The position numbers were made by a program, and so were the translations under genes. From Octopus bimaculoides (Eukaryota), in NCBI RefSeq assembly GCF_001194135.2, contig NC_068991.1, positions 40,223,476-40,287,475 of the forward strand: DNA of 64,000 nt, read 5' to 3'. Positions 24,201-38,304 of the stretch are shown here, piece after piece (within the stretch, counting starts at the first letter, position 1; each line of letters opens with the position of its first letter). The notes under the pieces were generated by a model, which did not search any database, was not told the DNA's origin, and saw only the letters and a program-made list of their open reading frames with translations.

Positions 24201-25344
24201 CATGAAATGTAAATAAAATTAAACTTGAATGTTCAAAATAACATTTGACTCTACTTTATATTCAATTTAAAAGCTTATCCAAATCATATTTTCAGAGGAA
24301 TTAAAATTAATATTTTTTTCTCACATTTTGTATTTAGTTTAACTCCTTTTCTATTTCAAACCCAATGATATATGTCTACACTGATTGAAAATTTTCAGCT
24401 TTTAGTATATAGTTAACTCCCTCTTTAGTATACATGTTGTATTATCCTTCTTTCACGTGGACATTTCATTGTTAGAAAATCAGTTGTAAAAATATGTCCA
24501 CAGACAATATTTCTTTGAAATATTTATATTTGTAAATTAGAGCTATATTAGATCTATTTAGTGAGCCAACAATTAAGGTTTTCTTGTTCATTTTTGTCTT
24601 TAATAGATTGTTGATTCATGCTTTCTTATCAGAGATATTTAAAAAAGGCAGAATGGATGACTTTGTGTTTATTGATCTTATGCACCTATTGAAATATAAC
24701 TTCTATTGTTTGCTGTATTAATTTTTAATTCTAATAGTATGATATTACTTTCAGGTAATATTTCTAAGCTTTTGTGCAAAATAATTCAATCTTTTCTTGC
24801 AAACAACTGCAACTGCTTAACTTGCTTAACAGGATGTTGTTATTGTAAGATAAAAAAATCATATGAAAAGCTCTTTCTTTATGGCCTTTAGAAAGGGAGA
24901 AAAAAAATATTTCCCTAAGGTTTCATGTTCTCTGAGCTGTAATCTCAGAATCAGTCTAGGCTACCTTTGATTAAGGCTTCCAGAGATTTTAGTTGAAGGT
25001 GACAAAATAAATGCCCTTTCATTTATGTAATCTTATTCATCATCTTTTAAAATGGCTCCTGCTTAATACAATTTGTGTTTTGTAGCAGTCTGTGTTTGCT
25101 TTAAATCACAGTTGGTCCATTTTATGTATTTGTACTTACGCTATATTCACCTTGAGAAATGACCACTAAATAAGATCAAGTACATGGTCCAAGTAAATGA
25201 TACAAGACTGAGCTATAAACACTGATTTGGAGCAAATCAGTATGGAGGGAGTCACTGAGTCAGTAAACTGAGAACTGCACTCGTTTTCTATGTACGTGAC
25301 TTGTGATATATGTGATGTAAATGAATGATATAAAAGGGTAAAGG

Positions 25345-25680
25345 CTCCCTTCAATCAGGAATGACCATGGGATTGCACCCAGAAACTGCCTCCACGCTAC
25401 AAGTCTGGGTAAGGTTGTTTATGGAAGACCAGCAGTCACCCATGCATTCCAGTCTCCCCTTTCCACACCACCAATGTTATCCAAGGGAAAGGCAAGAGCC
25501 AATACAGCTTGGCACCTGTGATGTCGCAACTCATTTCTACAGCTGAGTGAACTAGAGCAGTATGAAATGAAGTGTCTTGCTCAAGAACACAAAACACAGA
25601 CCAGTCCAGGAATCAAACTCACTACCTCATGATTGTGAGCCTGACACTCTAACCACTGAACCTTGTGCCTTCATCATGAA
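25345..25680 (-). mobile_element. SINE family 3
   Basis: Reverse complement of 32825-33165 (cccttggataac...gcatggg..actgctggtcttccat...aaccttgcc). Further copies lie at 40325-40535(-) and 57610-57760(+). Confidence 0.8.
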
Positions 25681-26863
25681 TGATATACAGAATATATAAT
25701 CAGAAATATACAGTACATTTCAATCTAAATCATTTAGCACATTTTCCATCTATAAGCTATTGATTTTAAATATGCTAATTGCCTTATAAACAAATTTTCA
25801 AGTAATCCAATAAGCCATATTAAAACGAATCTTTAAAATGTAAAAGGTTTTGATTTTGTACTAGTTGTGAATGTGTGTTAAGAAGTTTGCTCACCAACCA
25901 CATGGTTCCAGGTTTAGTCCCACTGTGTGGCACCTTGGGCAAGTCTCTTCTACTGTAGTGCCAAGCCAACCAAAAGCCTTGTGAGTGGATTTGGTAGATG
26001 GAAACTAAAAGAAGCCCATCATGCGGGTGAGTGTGTGTTTGCCCCTTCCTCCATTTCCACTTAATTAGTTGAGTTGGTTTGTTTGCATCCCTGCAACTTA
26101 GCAGTTCAACCAAACATAAAAAAAAGTACTGGGATTGATTTGTTACTGCCATAACAAATGTGACAGTCCTGGCTTTGCTATTTGACTGAATAACTAAAAG
26201 ACAAGCAACTATGCTTCAAATACCAAGCATTATTATGGTTACTAAAAAATCAAATAGTATTTTAAAACATTAAATCCTATTCATACAAAGAAATTTCTGA
26301 GTTAAAATTCTAGAATAATACTCATCATGAGATCAGCAGTATTACACTCATGACTTATTGATTAAATGTTAGGCTTCAGTTAATGTTAGCCAAAACTAAC
26401 TCAGTAATTAAAAAAAGGTAATAAATTGGTGATTTATCTTTTACTTTTTTCACTCATTAGACTGCAGCCATGCTGAGGTACTGCCTCAATGGAGATTTTT
26501 AGTTGCACTAATTGACCCCAGTATTTATTTTCTTTTTAAGCCTGATACTTATTCTATTGGTCACTCAAGCTGAACCGCTAAGTTTTGGGGATGTAAGACA
26601 CCAACACCATTTGTCAAGCGGTGGTGGGGGATAATAGACACACTTATGGCTTCATGACATATCTCGATATGTTATATGATGTGTATAAACAAAAGGCTCA
26701 ATCAAATAGTCTTATTTGTTTCCAGTTCTCCATCTAACCATGTTGAGGCTATTCACTGTTTGCAAGGAAACAGGTGAGTTGGCATTACAAAATACATCCA
26801 TCATTAGAAGCCTCTGCTCTGGCTTAGTCTCATCTCACCCAGGAAAGCATAGAACTGTTAACT

Positions 26864-27085
26864 TTAACCATTTAGCATTTAAGCTGGCCATGTCTCGCCC
26901 AAATATTCTACCTGTGATATGTTCAAATTGGCCAGATCCAGTCTCTCACACCAACCCTAAATTGTCATTCTAAAAATAATCACATCATAGAAATCTTGAA
27001 GGTACAAAATAATGCATGATTAATTCTAATCAAAATTAATAAATAATCTTCACATTCAACAGTAATTTCAATGCTAAACAGTTAG
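26864..27085 (-). mobile_element. piggyBac-like MITE family A
   Basis: ttaaccatttagcattt...aatgctaaacagttag terminal inverted repeats. Confidence 0.8.
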
Positions 27086-30000
27086 AAAATGATGATGATG
27101 AAGCTGTTTTCAACTGTTTATAAACTGGTGTAACACAAACTGATAGCATCTATTTCTGTAATATAATGATAGGTGTATTTGCTAATTCAGGTGCATTTTG
27201 ATAATATGTGTTTTACATATCTCTATCAGTTGACAACTGATCACAGCATAGGGCAATATTATGTTAAGGTAAATCTTGATCTTGTTTGGCCTTTAGTGTA
27301 GAAATTTAATTCATATTTCCACTGAGTGTTTACAGATATTGAATTTTGTCATTCATTGCTATGCCATACCTTTTGTACTTTGTTCTTTTCACTGTTATAA
27401 ACGCCACAATAGTCTCTAGTTTCTAGTGTAATTATATAAGGTGTTTATAACTAAATGAGAGGTTATGTGACTCCCGACAACACCACAGTCAGTAATTGTC
27501 TCTTCCTCCTCCTCCTTTATACGGATTCAAATCACAAAACTGTAATTAATGACCATACATTCTCACTTCCCTTTGGTCTTTCTATCAAATAAATTACTGA
27601 TGTTTTCAGTTATTTCTGCCTGAAGAGGGGGTAGAGACTTTAAAATGTATTTTTTTGCTTCATTTCTTTAATACTACTTTTTCTCCACACAGTTACAGGC
27701 AAGGCTGTGTGGTTAAGAAGTTCACTTCCCAACCATATAGCTTCAAGCTCAGTCCCACTGCCATACACTTTATGCAAATGTTTCTGTGCTCTAGGCCATC
27801 CAAAGCCTTCTCAGTGGATTTGGCAGACAGAAACTGAAGAAGCCCATCATATGTGTGTGTGTATTTTGTTTGCTTACACCTTCTGTTCACTTTTCGTAAA
27901 GTCATGACATTTGCACTGTTTTTTGGCATTTTGCCTGTCGATAATTCACTTGCTTACTTCTTGAAAACAGACATGGGTTTTTACATATCTCTATTGAAAA
28001 CAGACAAGGGCATCTAGCTGTAAATCGGTGCTTCAATAACATAGCATGGAAAAAACAGACAAAAGTGAGCAGACAAATTAATGAATTAAAGAACATGCTG
28101 GGCCGCTGTATCCCTGTCATCATTTTGTCCCTTGGATCACAGACGTCTGTCACTTTTGCCATCTCAATCATATTACCTTGAATATTTGAACTTAACTCAG
28201 AATGCTAAGTACTCCTGTCCTTCATCCCACTATCACACTCCTTTCATTATTAGCATTTATACTTCCATCACTCATGCTTCTCACTCTGTAAAGAGGTAAA
28301 TGAGCATACAGAGACACAGAGTTATGATGTCTGTTTAGTTGTAATGTGGACATGGCTGCTTCTCATGGCATGAAAGAAGCACCTAGTAAACTCTGTAAAT
28401 CTGTTGGTATTAAGGACATTCAGCTGTAAAAATTAAGCCAAAATGAAACCTGAGCAAGATAAGGTCCCCTTAACCTGCTACAGTGAGATCTGTGCAACCC
28501 ATGCCAGCATGAATAGTGGTCATATGATGAATATGCAGTGGTTTCCAGTTATTGCTTAAAATGTATTTTTTAGTAGCCCAAGTAATATTGATTATCTTAA
28601 GTATAATTGAGTATAAGTGAACTTTGATTATAGTATCAAAGATTTACTTTTGAATTTTATATGGTAATCATACTTTCATTTTATCATTAATGCTTATCAT
28701 TATCAGCTTCATTAAGTGATTTTTATTTTTTTAAATAATGTATAATTTTATCAAAGATTTTATTACAAATTGCTGACTTCAGATATATGTTATATTTTCT
28801 GGCTATCTTTTCAGCAATAAAACAATATTCATGATAAAAAGAACATAGTGTCAGGTGCTACAACACAAGGCCAAGGAAATCTTCATTTATTTCTCTACTG
28901 ATTTCAGCTATATGGACTGTGAACATGTTAAGGTACCATGTTCAAGAGCTTAGTCAATCATAGTGACTTCAGCATTTACTTCTTCAGTCTGATATTTTAT
29001 CAGTTTCTGCTTATCAAACTAGCAATTTATGAGAATAAAGAGAGACGACACACACACGCACTCACATGCTCATACACATATGATAATTAGCAATGTGTAT
29101 TTATTTATTTACTACCATACAAACAAAATAGAGTAGAAGTGGGGACTGTCAAATGGCAACAGAGAGTTAGTAACAAGGAAGTATAATAGAGTGGAAGGAT
29201 GAGTTATTGATCACTCTACAGAGGGGGAAAACATGGAAAAGAATTGATGAGAAAACTGAACATAAGGATGGCTTGAAGTAAGAGGTATTAACATTATGTT
29301 CATTTTAAGTAGGGAGTGAAACAAACTTAATATGCTGGAAGTCTGGTACTAATTCTATTGGTCTCTTTTGTTGCATCACTAAGTTACGAGGATGGACACA
29401 AACCAACACTGGTTGTCAAGCAGCGACTAAGACACACATTAAATTCAGATTTAGTTTCTGTCTACCATATCCACTCACAAGGCTTTGGTAGGCTTGAAGC
29501 TATAGAAGACACTTGCCCAAAGTGCCATGCTGTGGAACGGAACCCAAAACCTTGTGGTTGGCAAGCATACAGCCAACTTGTACCTATGAATATTGTGATA
29601 AAAGAACTTCTGGAATACTGATAATTACATATAAAGCTTTCAGTATTTTGTAAAAAATATTGAAATATTCTTCTAAATATAGATCATTGTTTTTAATTAA
29701 ATTTTTATTACTGTCATTAAACTGTTCAGTGAACAGGTAAAAAACAATGGTAAGCCAAAAAGCTGTCATCCTTGATGGTACAATTGCCTACATGCTTATA
29801 TACTATTGTGACCCATCATTTTCAGCATGACCTGGTCTATCACTTTTTCAAATTATTGATATGATTTTACAATTAAATAAGTGTGAAGCTTTAGATAAGA
29901 AATTTACCAATTGGGTCATATGTCAAAAACTATCATTTCTGATGACGTTGGTACACTAGCTTCTGTGCGTGCATACATATATATATATATGCAGGGTTGG

Positions 30001-30089
30001 CCAAAAGTCACCTGGTTCTTGAGGAGACCTATTGAGTCAAGTACATCAACATCAGCAATATCAGAATCAAATCAAATGGAAATTGTAGT

Positions 30090-30415
30090 TGTGAGCCCCG
30101 TGCTGGTAGCATGTAAAAAGCACCAGCCAAACATGGCCAATGCCAGTGCTGCCTTGACTGGCTTTCATGCCGGTGGCACGTAAAAAGCACCATCCGATCG
30201 TGGTTGATGCCAGCTCCTCAGGCCCCTTGTGCTGGTGGCATGTAAAAAGCACCCACTACACTCTCGGAGTGGTTGGCGTTAGGAAGGGCATCCAGCTGTA
30301 GAAACACTGCCAGATCAGATTGGGGTCTGGTGCAGCCTCCTGGCTTCCCAGACCCCAGTCGAACCGTCCAACCCATGCCAGCATGGAAAACGGACGTTAA
30401 ATGATGATGATGATA
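30090..30415 (+). mobile_element. RTE LINE 3' end (5'-truncated) with (TGA)n tail
   Basis: Repeated ...taaaaagcacc units, gaagggcatccagctgtagaaac, acccatgccagcatggaaaacggacgttaaatgatgatg. It matches the reverse complement of 60700-61130. Confidence 0.88.
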
Positions 30416-32289
30416 TATATATATCACTAGACTGCAGCCACACTGAGGTACCACCTTCTTGAGGGGTTTAGTCAAGCAAATCTACCTCAGTACTTGTTTT
30501 TTTTAAAGTCTGACACTTATTCTATCTCTTTTTTTTTTCTATCATTGTCATGGGGGTGTAAACAAACCAGCACTGGTTGTCAAGCGGTGATGGGAAACAC
30601 ACACACACACATACATACATACATACATACAGCAAGCTTCTTTCAGTTTCTGTATGACAAATCTATTCACAAGGCTTTGGTTAGCCCTGGGTTATAATAG
30701 AAGACATTTCTCCAAGGTGCCACACAGTGGGACTAAACCCAAGACCATGTGATTGGGAAGCATGTTTCTTGCCCATACAGCCACATAGTAGTTTGGAAAT
30801 TCTGTCAATAAAGCACATGCACTGATTGTATTTCACTCATTCTATTATGAATTAACTAATTAATCAGTTATTTAGTTTCTCAAAGCTTTTCTCTAACACA
30901 CTGTGACCTTATCAATAACATGTCCCTTGTGTGCATTTACTCTGTGCAAGTATCCACTTGCTCTATGCGCTGTGTTACTTTCTGAAAACATAAGGAAATT
31001 TCTCTTTTTTTTTTTTTTGTATTTATAAAGTAGGAACTTTGTGTGTGTGTGGATGTGTGCATAGTATAAAAATATATAAAAATGAAAATGCAATTCAAAC
31101 ATGTCACATAAATACCCGAGCCTCACTGCTACCACCACCCAAAATAATGATTATAATGGCAATATAAAGAGCATAAAAACAAAAATCTGCACATTAATGT
31201 AACATATTCTGTGGAAATACAAAATTACAATATTGCAATAGAAAGTAACTGACTAATCAGAAAATTTCTTGAATCAAAGATCAAGGAGATCAGAAATCCA
31301 AAGTGGAAACAATATTAATTAATTGTAGAGCAAATATCTATAGCTTACAGATTTAATATTTTAGCAAAGGAATTTCACTTTTGCCATATCACTAATGAAG
31401 TTGCTTTATTAAAAGATCAAATCTGCAATATGCACAGATGTATGTGTGTGTGTTTATTGATGTATCATTTTTATATATTCTCTTTCCATATTAGTATGCG
31501 TTGGACAGGTCATCACAGTTCTAGCCAGTTCTTATTTGGAGTCACTGCTCTTGATGTGTACTACAGCTGATATGTTTCATTTTCAGCATGACTATTATGG
31601 CAGGATGCCCTTTCTAACAACTACTACTTTACGAAGTATGAGGAGTGTCTTTTATCATGGCACCAGCTCTAGTGAGGTTGCCTTAGACTCTGCAAGGCTA
31701 TGAAGTCCTTGCTACTGGACACTGTCTTTGTTTATTCAAAGTAATGTGACCAAGAAAGGTGAATAGAAGACTGGAATCTGGATCAGTAAGTGAAAGGAAT
31801 AAGAATATGATAGGAGACACAAAGTGATTGGGGAGAGATGATGGTAGAGAATGGAGTAATAGAAAAGAATCAGTTACAGTAAGAAGTAATGGAAGAGAGA
31901 CTAATGTTATCTACGTTTGCTGGTGATGAAGTAATGAGTTGATGGACCATGATAGAGTTGGGTGATAGATTAATAATGAGTATCTTGGGAGAAGGTGAGA
32001 GGCAGTTGATAGCATAGAAAAGTGGGTGGGGATCATCATACAATGTATTGGATATGATCAGAACTCGTTTAATCACTCATACATAGGTAACTGCTTAAGA
32101 TAGCGTTAAAGTGACAAGGACGTTGATGATAGCAAGGTGTTGAATACAAGCAAGTCTACTGCCATCCTTCATTTCACAGGTAGTAGCATACAGTGAATAG
32201 GAGGGATCTATTGTCTTTCTTAGTTACACAGACAACATGGTAGATTAAGTGTGAGGATGAGTGATAGAGAGATGAGAGGCTACTAAAAA

Positions 32290-32735
32290 AAAGGGATTGG
32301 GGGATAGCAGATGATTGTCTTGCACTTGTTTACATGGCTGTCATTCTCCATACATATGACCATACCAACACAGCCTTCTCTTTTCACTATGTCTGATCTC
32401 CATTTTATCCACTTTTCCTCTCGGCTTATTATTTGTGCTTCACTGACATCACACATCCTGTGGAGCATGTTTGCTTCATTTCTTTCTAACCTTTGCAAAT
32501 TCTCTGCATATGGGGTCCATGTCTCACTATTGTTTAGTATCAGTTTGTACACAATCGTTATGCAATCTGCTCTTTACTCTGAGAGAGAGAGAGAGAGAGA
32601 GACACTCTTTGTTATTAGGAAGAGCACAAGCTTCCTGAACTTTTTCCTCTCTTCTTACTCTAACTAGTATGTTTTTAGAACAATCACTTCCACTACTAAT
32701 TAGGTCTCCTAGGTAACAAAAGCTATCCACTGTGA
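32290..32735 (-). mobile_element. RTE LINE ORF2 fragment
   Basis: DSFCYLGDLISSG and NSETWTPYAENLQRLERNEANMLHRMC, the same family as 61400-61740. Confidence 0.88.
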
Positions 32736-32824
32736 AGGAACCTCTTGGGTATAGGGAAGGAATCTATTTCATGTACTTACTGCTCCTGCACATCTGCTGC
32801 ATATAAAATCTTTCTCCATTAGCC

Positions 32825-33165
32825 TACATGAAAGTATATGACTCAATAGTTAGTGTCGGGCACACAATCATGAAGTAGTGAGTTTGATTTCTGGACTGGG
32901 CTGTGTGTTGTCTTCTTGAGCAAGACACTTCATTTCATGTTGCTCCAGTTCACTCATCTGTAAAAATGAGTTGCAGCATCACTGGTGCCAAGCTGTCTTG
33001 GTTTTTGTCTTTCCCTTGGATAACATCGGTGGTGTGAAGAGAGGAGGCTAGTATGCATGGGCAACTGCTGGTCTTCCATTAAGAACCTTGCCTGGATTTG
33101 TGCCTTGGAGGGTAATTTTCTAGGTGTAATTCCATGGTCATTCATGACTGAAGGGGTTCTTTACC
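32825..33165 (+). mobile_element. SINE family 3
   Basis: tRNA-like head (tagtgagtttgatttctggactggg), ttgagcaagacacttcatttcatgttgctccagt, and the conserved central block. Confidence 0.8.
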
Positions 33166-33779
33166 CATTAGCTTATGTGTGTTCTCAGTATATCTCTTGT
33201 GTATCTATAATTTACACTTGGTATCCTGTATGGAATTTCAACCTTACTCCTTTTTCTGCATATCAGACATGGCTATTTCCCTGGTGGTAGCATGGTTCTG
33301 TTTGTTTTCCTAACCAAAATTCAAGTATCTCCTAAGTTTACTGTGAGACCTTGCTTTTCTTGGTTTTACTTCCATTTCTAGAATTTCATCTCTTTCTGTA
33401 TATATCTACTACAATTTCAAGTCATCAGCATGGAGAGCTGGTCTAAAACTCTTAAAATCTGGAGGAATACAATAAACAGGAGGAGGCTGAAAACTGAACC
33501 CTGGTGGTCCCTAATCTACATATTTATTATATTAATTGCTAACTCTCACTTTACTGACAGCACTTCACAAGCCAATCATCTACTGTTCATTTCCTTTGTA
33601 TGAATATATGCATATGTATCTCAATATGTATATATGCATATGTGTGTGCATGTATTTATACTACTGAGTGTGCATGTGTGTATATTTTTGTACATTAGTT
33701 GGCACTTGCCCAGAGTAAGTTGAGCTGGTTCCACCATATCACGGACAGAAGCCAACCTTGCTCAGCAATCACAGATGTT

Positions 33780-33965
33780 CAATGTGGAAATTTTCTGCTA
33801 GTTGCAATGTCAACAGTAAATATCATACACTTGTGAACCAGATATTGATTCAAGACTTGACTAGGTCATAGTAATCCACATTTTCAACTATTCACCTTGG
33901 AGTTAATACCATTCCAGAGACATTGACACAGCTGCATTGCAGCAATTTGTAAGTAAGCCAACTGA
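33780..33965 (+). mobile_element. Possible CR1-type endonuclease fragment
   Basis: VIVIHIFNYSPWS*YHSRDIDTAALQQFVSKPT resembles the APE GDFN...L.Q.V..PT region, but is heavily decayed. Confidence 0.35.
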
Positions 33966-34360
33966 AGCCCTTCTTAAGTAAGAATTGTTTTTGGAAATTG
34001 ATCCAACAATGCTGACAAACTTCAGATTTTAATACGAAAACAAAACTCAAAGATTCAGCAAAGGCAAAAGTAATAAAAAGTTTTCAACTGGCATAAATTC
34101 TCTGCTCTCATTTGCTTATGTGCTGTAGCCATAAAGCAAACTGGTATAAATGAATGCTTGGTAGAGGTAAATTTATGTGGCTACTCAGATCCCTGGACCT
34201 AGAGCAAAGCTGGTTTTGAAATCAACAGGACTACAATAAAAAAAAACATTTGCTTGAGTTACTGCACAGTGGGACAAAACCTGAAACCACATAGTTGAGA
34301 AATGAGCTTAACTGCACAGCCATGGCTGCTTATTTAAAATACACGAAATAGAACTGTGAA

Positions 34361-34576
34361 ATAATGATTTCAAATTTTGGCTTGAGACCAGTAATTTTGT
34401 GGGAGGAGTTAAGTCAACTACATTGACCCCAATGTTCCACTGGTATTTATTTTTATCAGCCCCAAAAGAATGAAAGGCAAAGTCAGCCTCGGTGGAAATT
34501 GAACTTAGAACATAGAGACTAACAAAAATGCTGCTAAGCATTTTGCCCAGCCCAGTAACAATTCTGCCAGCTCACT
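34361..34576 (-). mobile_element. SINE family 2 (MetaSINE-like)
   Basis: Reverse complement of 63267-63495, with the central gaatgaaaggcaaagtc block. Confidence 0.88.
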
Positions 34577-35510
34577 GATAACTGAAAAATAAAGGAGCCT
34601 CTTGTTAGTTAAAAGTCTTGTTAACATTTATCAAGGAACTATATTTTTCTGTACATCTCTATTTTTTTATTTAACTAGTATATGTCAATAAATGTTCAGC
34701 ATTTAGTTTTCTTTTTACAATCAACCATTAAGATTGGTGCCTCCTGACAGTGTGAAGTAATTTACCATGCTAAAAGAATAATTGAATCCTATTGAGCTAC
34801 TAGTCAATAAATTAACCACACCCTAGTGTTTTGGAGTGCCTGCTATACTTCTTTATGTTATAAAGTTTTTTAAAAAAACATGTAATTAAACTCTCTGACA
34901 TTATATTAAATTATTGCCAAAATCTGTATTCAGCTAAAAATCTTTGATTGATTACTGCATGAGAGGAAGTGTATTATTTTACCCAATAACATTTCATTCA
35001 CCGCTGAGATGTCTTATTTTTTATGATTAAAAGTAGGATATTAAGTGATTTATTTGGGTCCTATTTCAACTAATGGGCTTCAATGCAGTTTGGAATAACT
35101 CTGTTCTATGTATTCTAAAACATTTAATATCTTAGATTTTTTTTGTTTTTCTTTTTTTTCATGTATTTACCAATAAATTCCATCCATATTTACTTGTTTC
35201 TCTCATGCCTTTCACAGTTTTTGGTTGATTTTAGGTTGCATGCTATGGATATGTCTATTTTGTTTTTTTAAATTCAGTGTGCCGACTTGTATTGAGTCAA
35301 AATTTAAGCCTACCCTTAAGCTAACCACAAGCTTTTCTTAAATAACCACTTATTAACTTATGGTGTCTAGCAATTGTTGTCACAGAGTGCACTGTTATAC
35401 TGAAAAATCTACTGCTTTGACAAAGTTTGCTCAAAATTAAATATACAAGCTTAAGGCTGTTTCTGTACATATGACTTCAAAACTAACTTTTTCTTTTTTT
35501 CTTTTTGTAG

Positions 35511-35596
35511 TGTGTGTCATTTAATTTGAAAACAAATTATGACCAAATTCTATCATACAAAAGCAGAATTATTATAGAGAAAATTTACCATCTTTG
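35511..35596 (+). other. Candidate 86-nt internal exon
   Basis: Branch point actaac, polypyrimidine tract ttttctttttttctttttgtAG and donor tttg|GTGAGT. Frame 0 is open (CVSFNLKTNYDQILSYKSRIIIEKIYHL), but the peptide is not recognised. Confidence 0.4.
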
Positions 35597-36051
35597 GTGA
35601 GTGAGCAGCACTCAAAATACACACCTCAATGTTTAACATTCAAATACATAAATAGCTCTAAATGTACTCTTCTATTGTTGACTTATTTATTTGGGTAACC
35701 TTTTTATGCCAAATGTTAGCATTATCTTGTATTTTTAATGAGACATCCATTTTATAATTTTACTGCAAGAATTCCATTGACTATAAAACTGGAATCATCA
35801 ATAAAGTTGTTCACATGACTGTCAGCCAATATTTTTTTACCATTCATTTAATTCAAATTATTTAACCCCTTGCCTCCAGTTAGGGTTTATCCAAATGAAT
35901 AAAAATAATTGGTGCACATGAATGCAATAGTTCATCGCAGCTAGTTTCTCAACAAAGAATTCATTTGACCTTTTCCTGAAGACTAGCTGGTGAGAGCATC
36001 TGTACTGATCACTTCGTATTCCCTATATATATATATATATATATATACATA

Positions 36052-36430
36052 CAGGGTGCAATAGGTATTTCAGAACATATTTGGTAGTTTAATAAAACAA
36101 CTCTAATCTAGCTAAAACCAAATGTATTTTAATAATAATTTGTGTATATGGTCTTGATAAGCTCATTGACTGCTTCAGTGCCTGACCAAATCATTGATAT
36201 GCCTGCACTAAGTGGTCCTTATTTATTTCTGATATCACTTGGGCAATGGTAACCTCCAGTGAAGCTATGATATTAGGAGAATGTCAGTTAGTCTCCCTTT
36301 CAGCAATGCTCCAAATATAGTTAGCCAGGAACTAATTCAACTTCATGCTAGCAATTGATTGAATCGGTCACAAAGCCTGGAAAAAGGTGGAGCAGTCTTG
36401 GTGAACACCACCTCTTCTTGGCTGAAATCT
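36052..36430 (-). mobile_element. Tc1/mariner DD37D (maT)-like transposase 3' fragment with one TIR
   Basis: TA-cagggtg terminus. Minus translation LANYIWSIAERETN*HSPNIIASLEVTIAQVISEINKDHLVQAYQ*F, with an upstream QD.AP-like remnant. Confidence 0.72.
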
Positions 36431-37180
36431 TATAAACTAATACAAATGTTACAATAATGCAGTAAAGAATGAACCTTAAGTAACTAATCATTCCCTGTGG
36501 ATATTTTCTGACTCTTCAGAAAATATATGGTTGAAAATGCAATTCTCTCTTTTCTTAGATGTTTCAAAAATAGTATAGGTTGATTTGAAAAGCTGCACTA
36601 TGAGTTGTATACCAAGAGAAAAAAATCTGTACCATTAATCTTTCTCCTCAGTGTCTTCCCCACTTTTCTCATAACATTTTACAGTTGAGTTACTTTACTT
36701 TGAAATATGCTCTTGAGATATTTTAGCAAATTATTCACAAAGCATATTTAGTATATCAGCTGAAATCTTAAGTTGTATAAGTTTCACTTTAACTTTATAG
36801 AACACTAGAAACTTCCCATACAATAAATGGTTCCCTCTCCACACTACCAATGTATTTTAAGAGATAGACAATGGCTGATACAGCTTGGCATCAGTGTTGT
36901 CACACATGAACTTGGAATGTAAAGGATGAAGGGCAATGTTAACTTAGAATGTAAAGATCCTCAAATGTTGCAAGGCATTTTGGCCAAAACTCTGATGATT
37001 CTGTTAATCTACATTTCTGGGTTTGGTACTTCATTTTATCAACTTCAGAAGGATGTAGGGCAAAGTTAACTCTGGGATTTGAACTCAATTTGAAGAGCCA
37101 GAATGAATACAGCAAGGCATTTTGTTCAGTGCTCTAATAATTCAACTGATCTACCATCTTGTCACTTCCCCATCCTAAGA

Positions 37181-37404
37181 ATAATAATAATGATTACAAA
37201 TTTTGGCACAAGGCCAGCCAGTTTGGGGGAGGGGTAAGTCTAATAAATCAAACCCATTGTTCAACTGGTACTTATTTTATCAACCCCGAGAGGATGAAAG
37301 GCAAAGTCAACTTCAGTGAAATTTGAACTTAGAACGTAAAGACAGATGAAATATCACTAAGCATTTTGGCTGGTGTGCTAACATTTCTGCCAGCTCGCCA
37401 CCTT
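37181..37404 (-). mobile_element. SINE family 2 (MetaSINE-like)
   Basis: ggtacttattttatcaaccccgagaggatgaaaggcaaagtc...ctgccagctcgcc. A decayed sister copy lies at about 36930-37160. Confidence 0.9.
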
Positions 37405-38104
37405 ATTAATAATAATAATGATGATGATGATGATCTCTAATATAAGAACATAACTGGAAATGATTTGGGGTTGGGGCAGAGTATGGCCAAACATCTCAAC
37501 CCTAGTATTTCACTAATGATATCTTACTGACTCTGGATGAACACACAGCAATGACAGCTCCCAGGTGAGATTTTAATTCAGAACAAAAGGAATTTGAATA
37601 AATCCCATAAGGCATTCTATCCACAACTCTACCAACTGTGGTGCAATCCACTACCTTCATATATCATGGTAGAAATCTAGTAAAATTTGGCATTGTATGT
37701 AGCAAGTGTCAGTGATAATTTGTTAACTTCCAATAATTCACAATTTGACCATTGTGAATGAAACAGCTGGGTTATGTGCTTGACTAGTTGTTTTTAATGA
37801 GGTTACATTTTCTTTCCCCCAAACAACAAAGTTTTTTTTTTTTAATTAACATTGTTTTTCACAGTCTACTAGATTGTGTTTTGTTTATTGTAGAATGTTA
37901 TATTGAATACATATCAATAAGATTAACTCTATAATTATTCCTGAAATATATAAAAGAATATTGAAATAGAAAACATTATTTTATAAATCATATCAGTTTT
38001 CTTAACATAGATGACGAGCAACTGATTTCTTATAACTCATATAAGAACTAAGTTATAGGACTTTAGAAAATAATTATTACTATAAAAATTCTTTCTACAA
38101 TAGA

Positions 38105-38304
38105 TGCAAGACCTGAAATTTTTGGGGAAGTACGGCTAGTCAATCACATCAACCTCAGTACCTGACTGGTACTTATTTTATCAACCCCAAAAGGATGAAA
38201 GGCAAAGTAGACCTCAACAGAATTTGAACTCAGAGCATAAGATAGATGAAATACCACTAAGCATTTTGTCCAGCATGCTAACAATTTTGCCAGCTTGCCA
38301 CCCT
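38105..38304 (-). mobile_element. SINE family 2 (MetaSINE-like)
   Basis: Same central block as 37181-37404. Confidence 0.88.

Noticed and set aside
27902-28178. GC-richer segment with open frames on both strands and a 17-bp direct repeat (ttgaaaacagaca.ggg)
   Set aside because: No recognisable motif and no consistent splice pair. It cannot be supported as coding.
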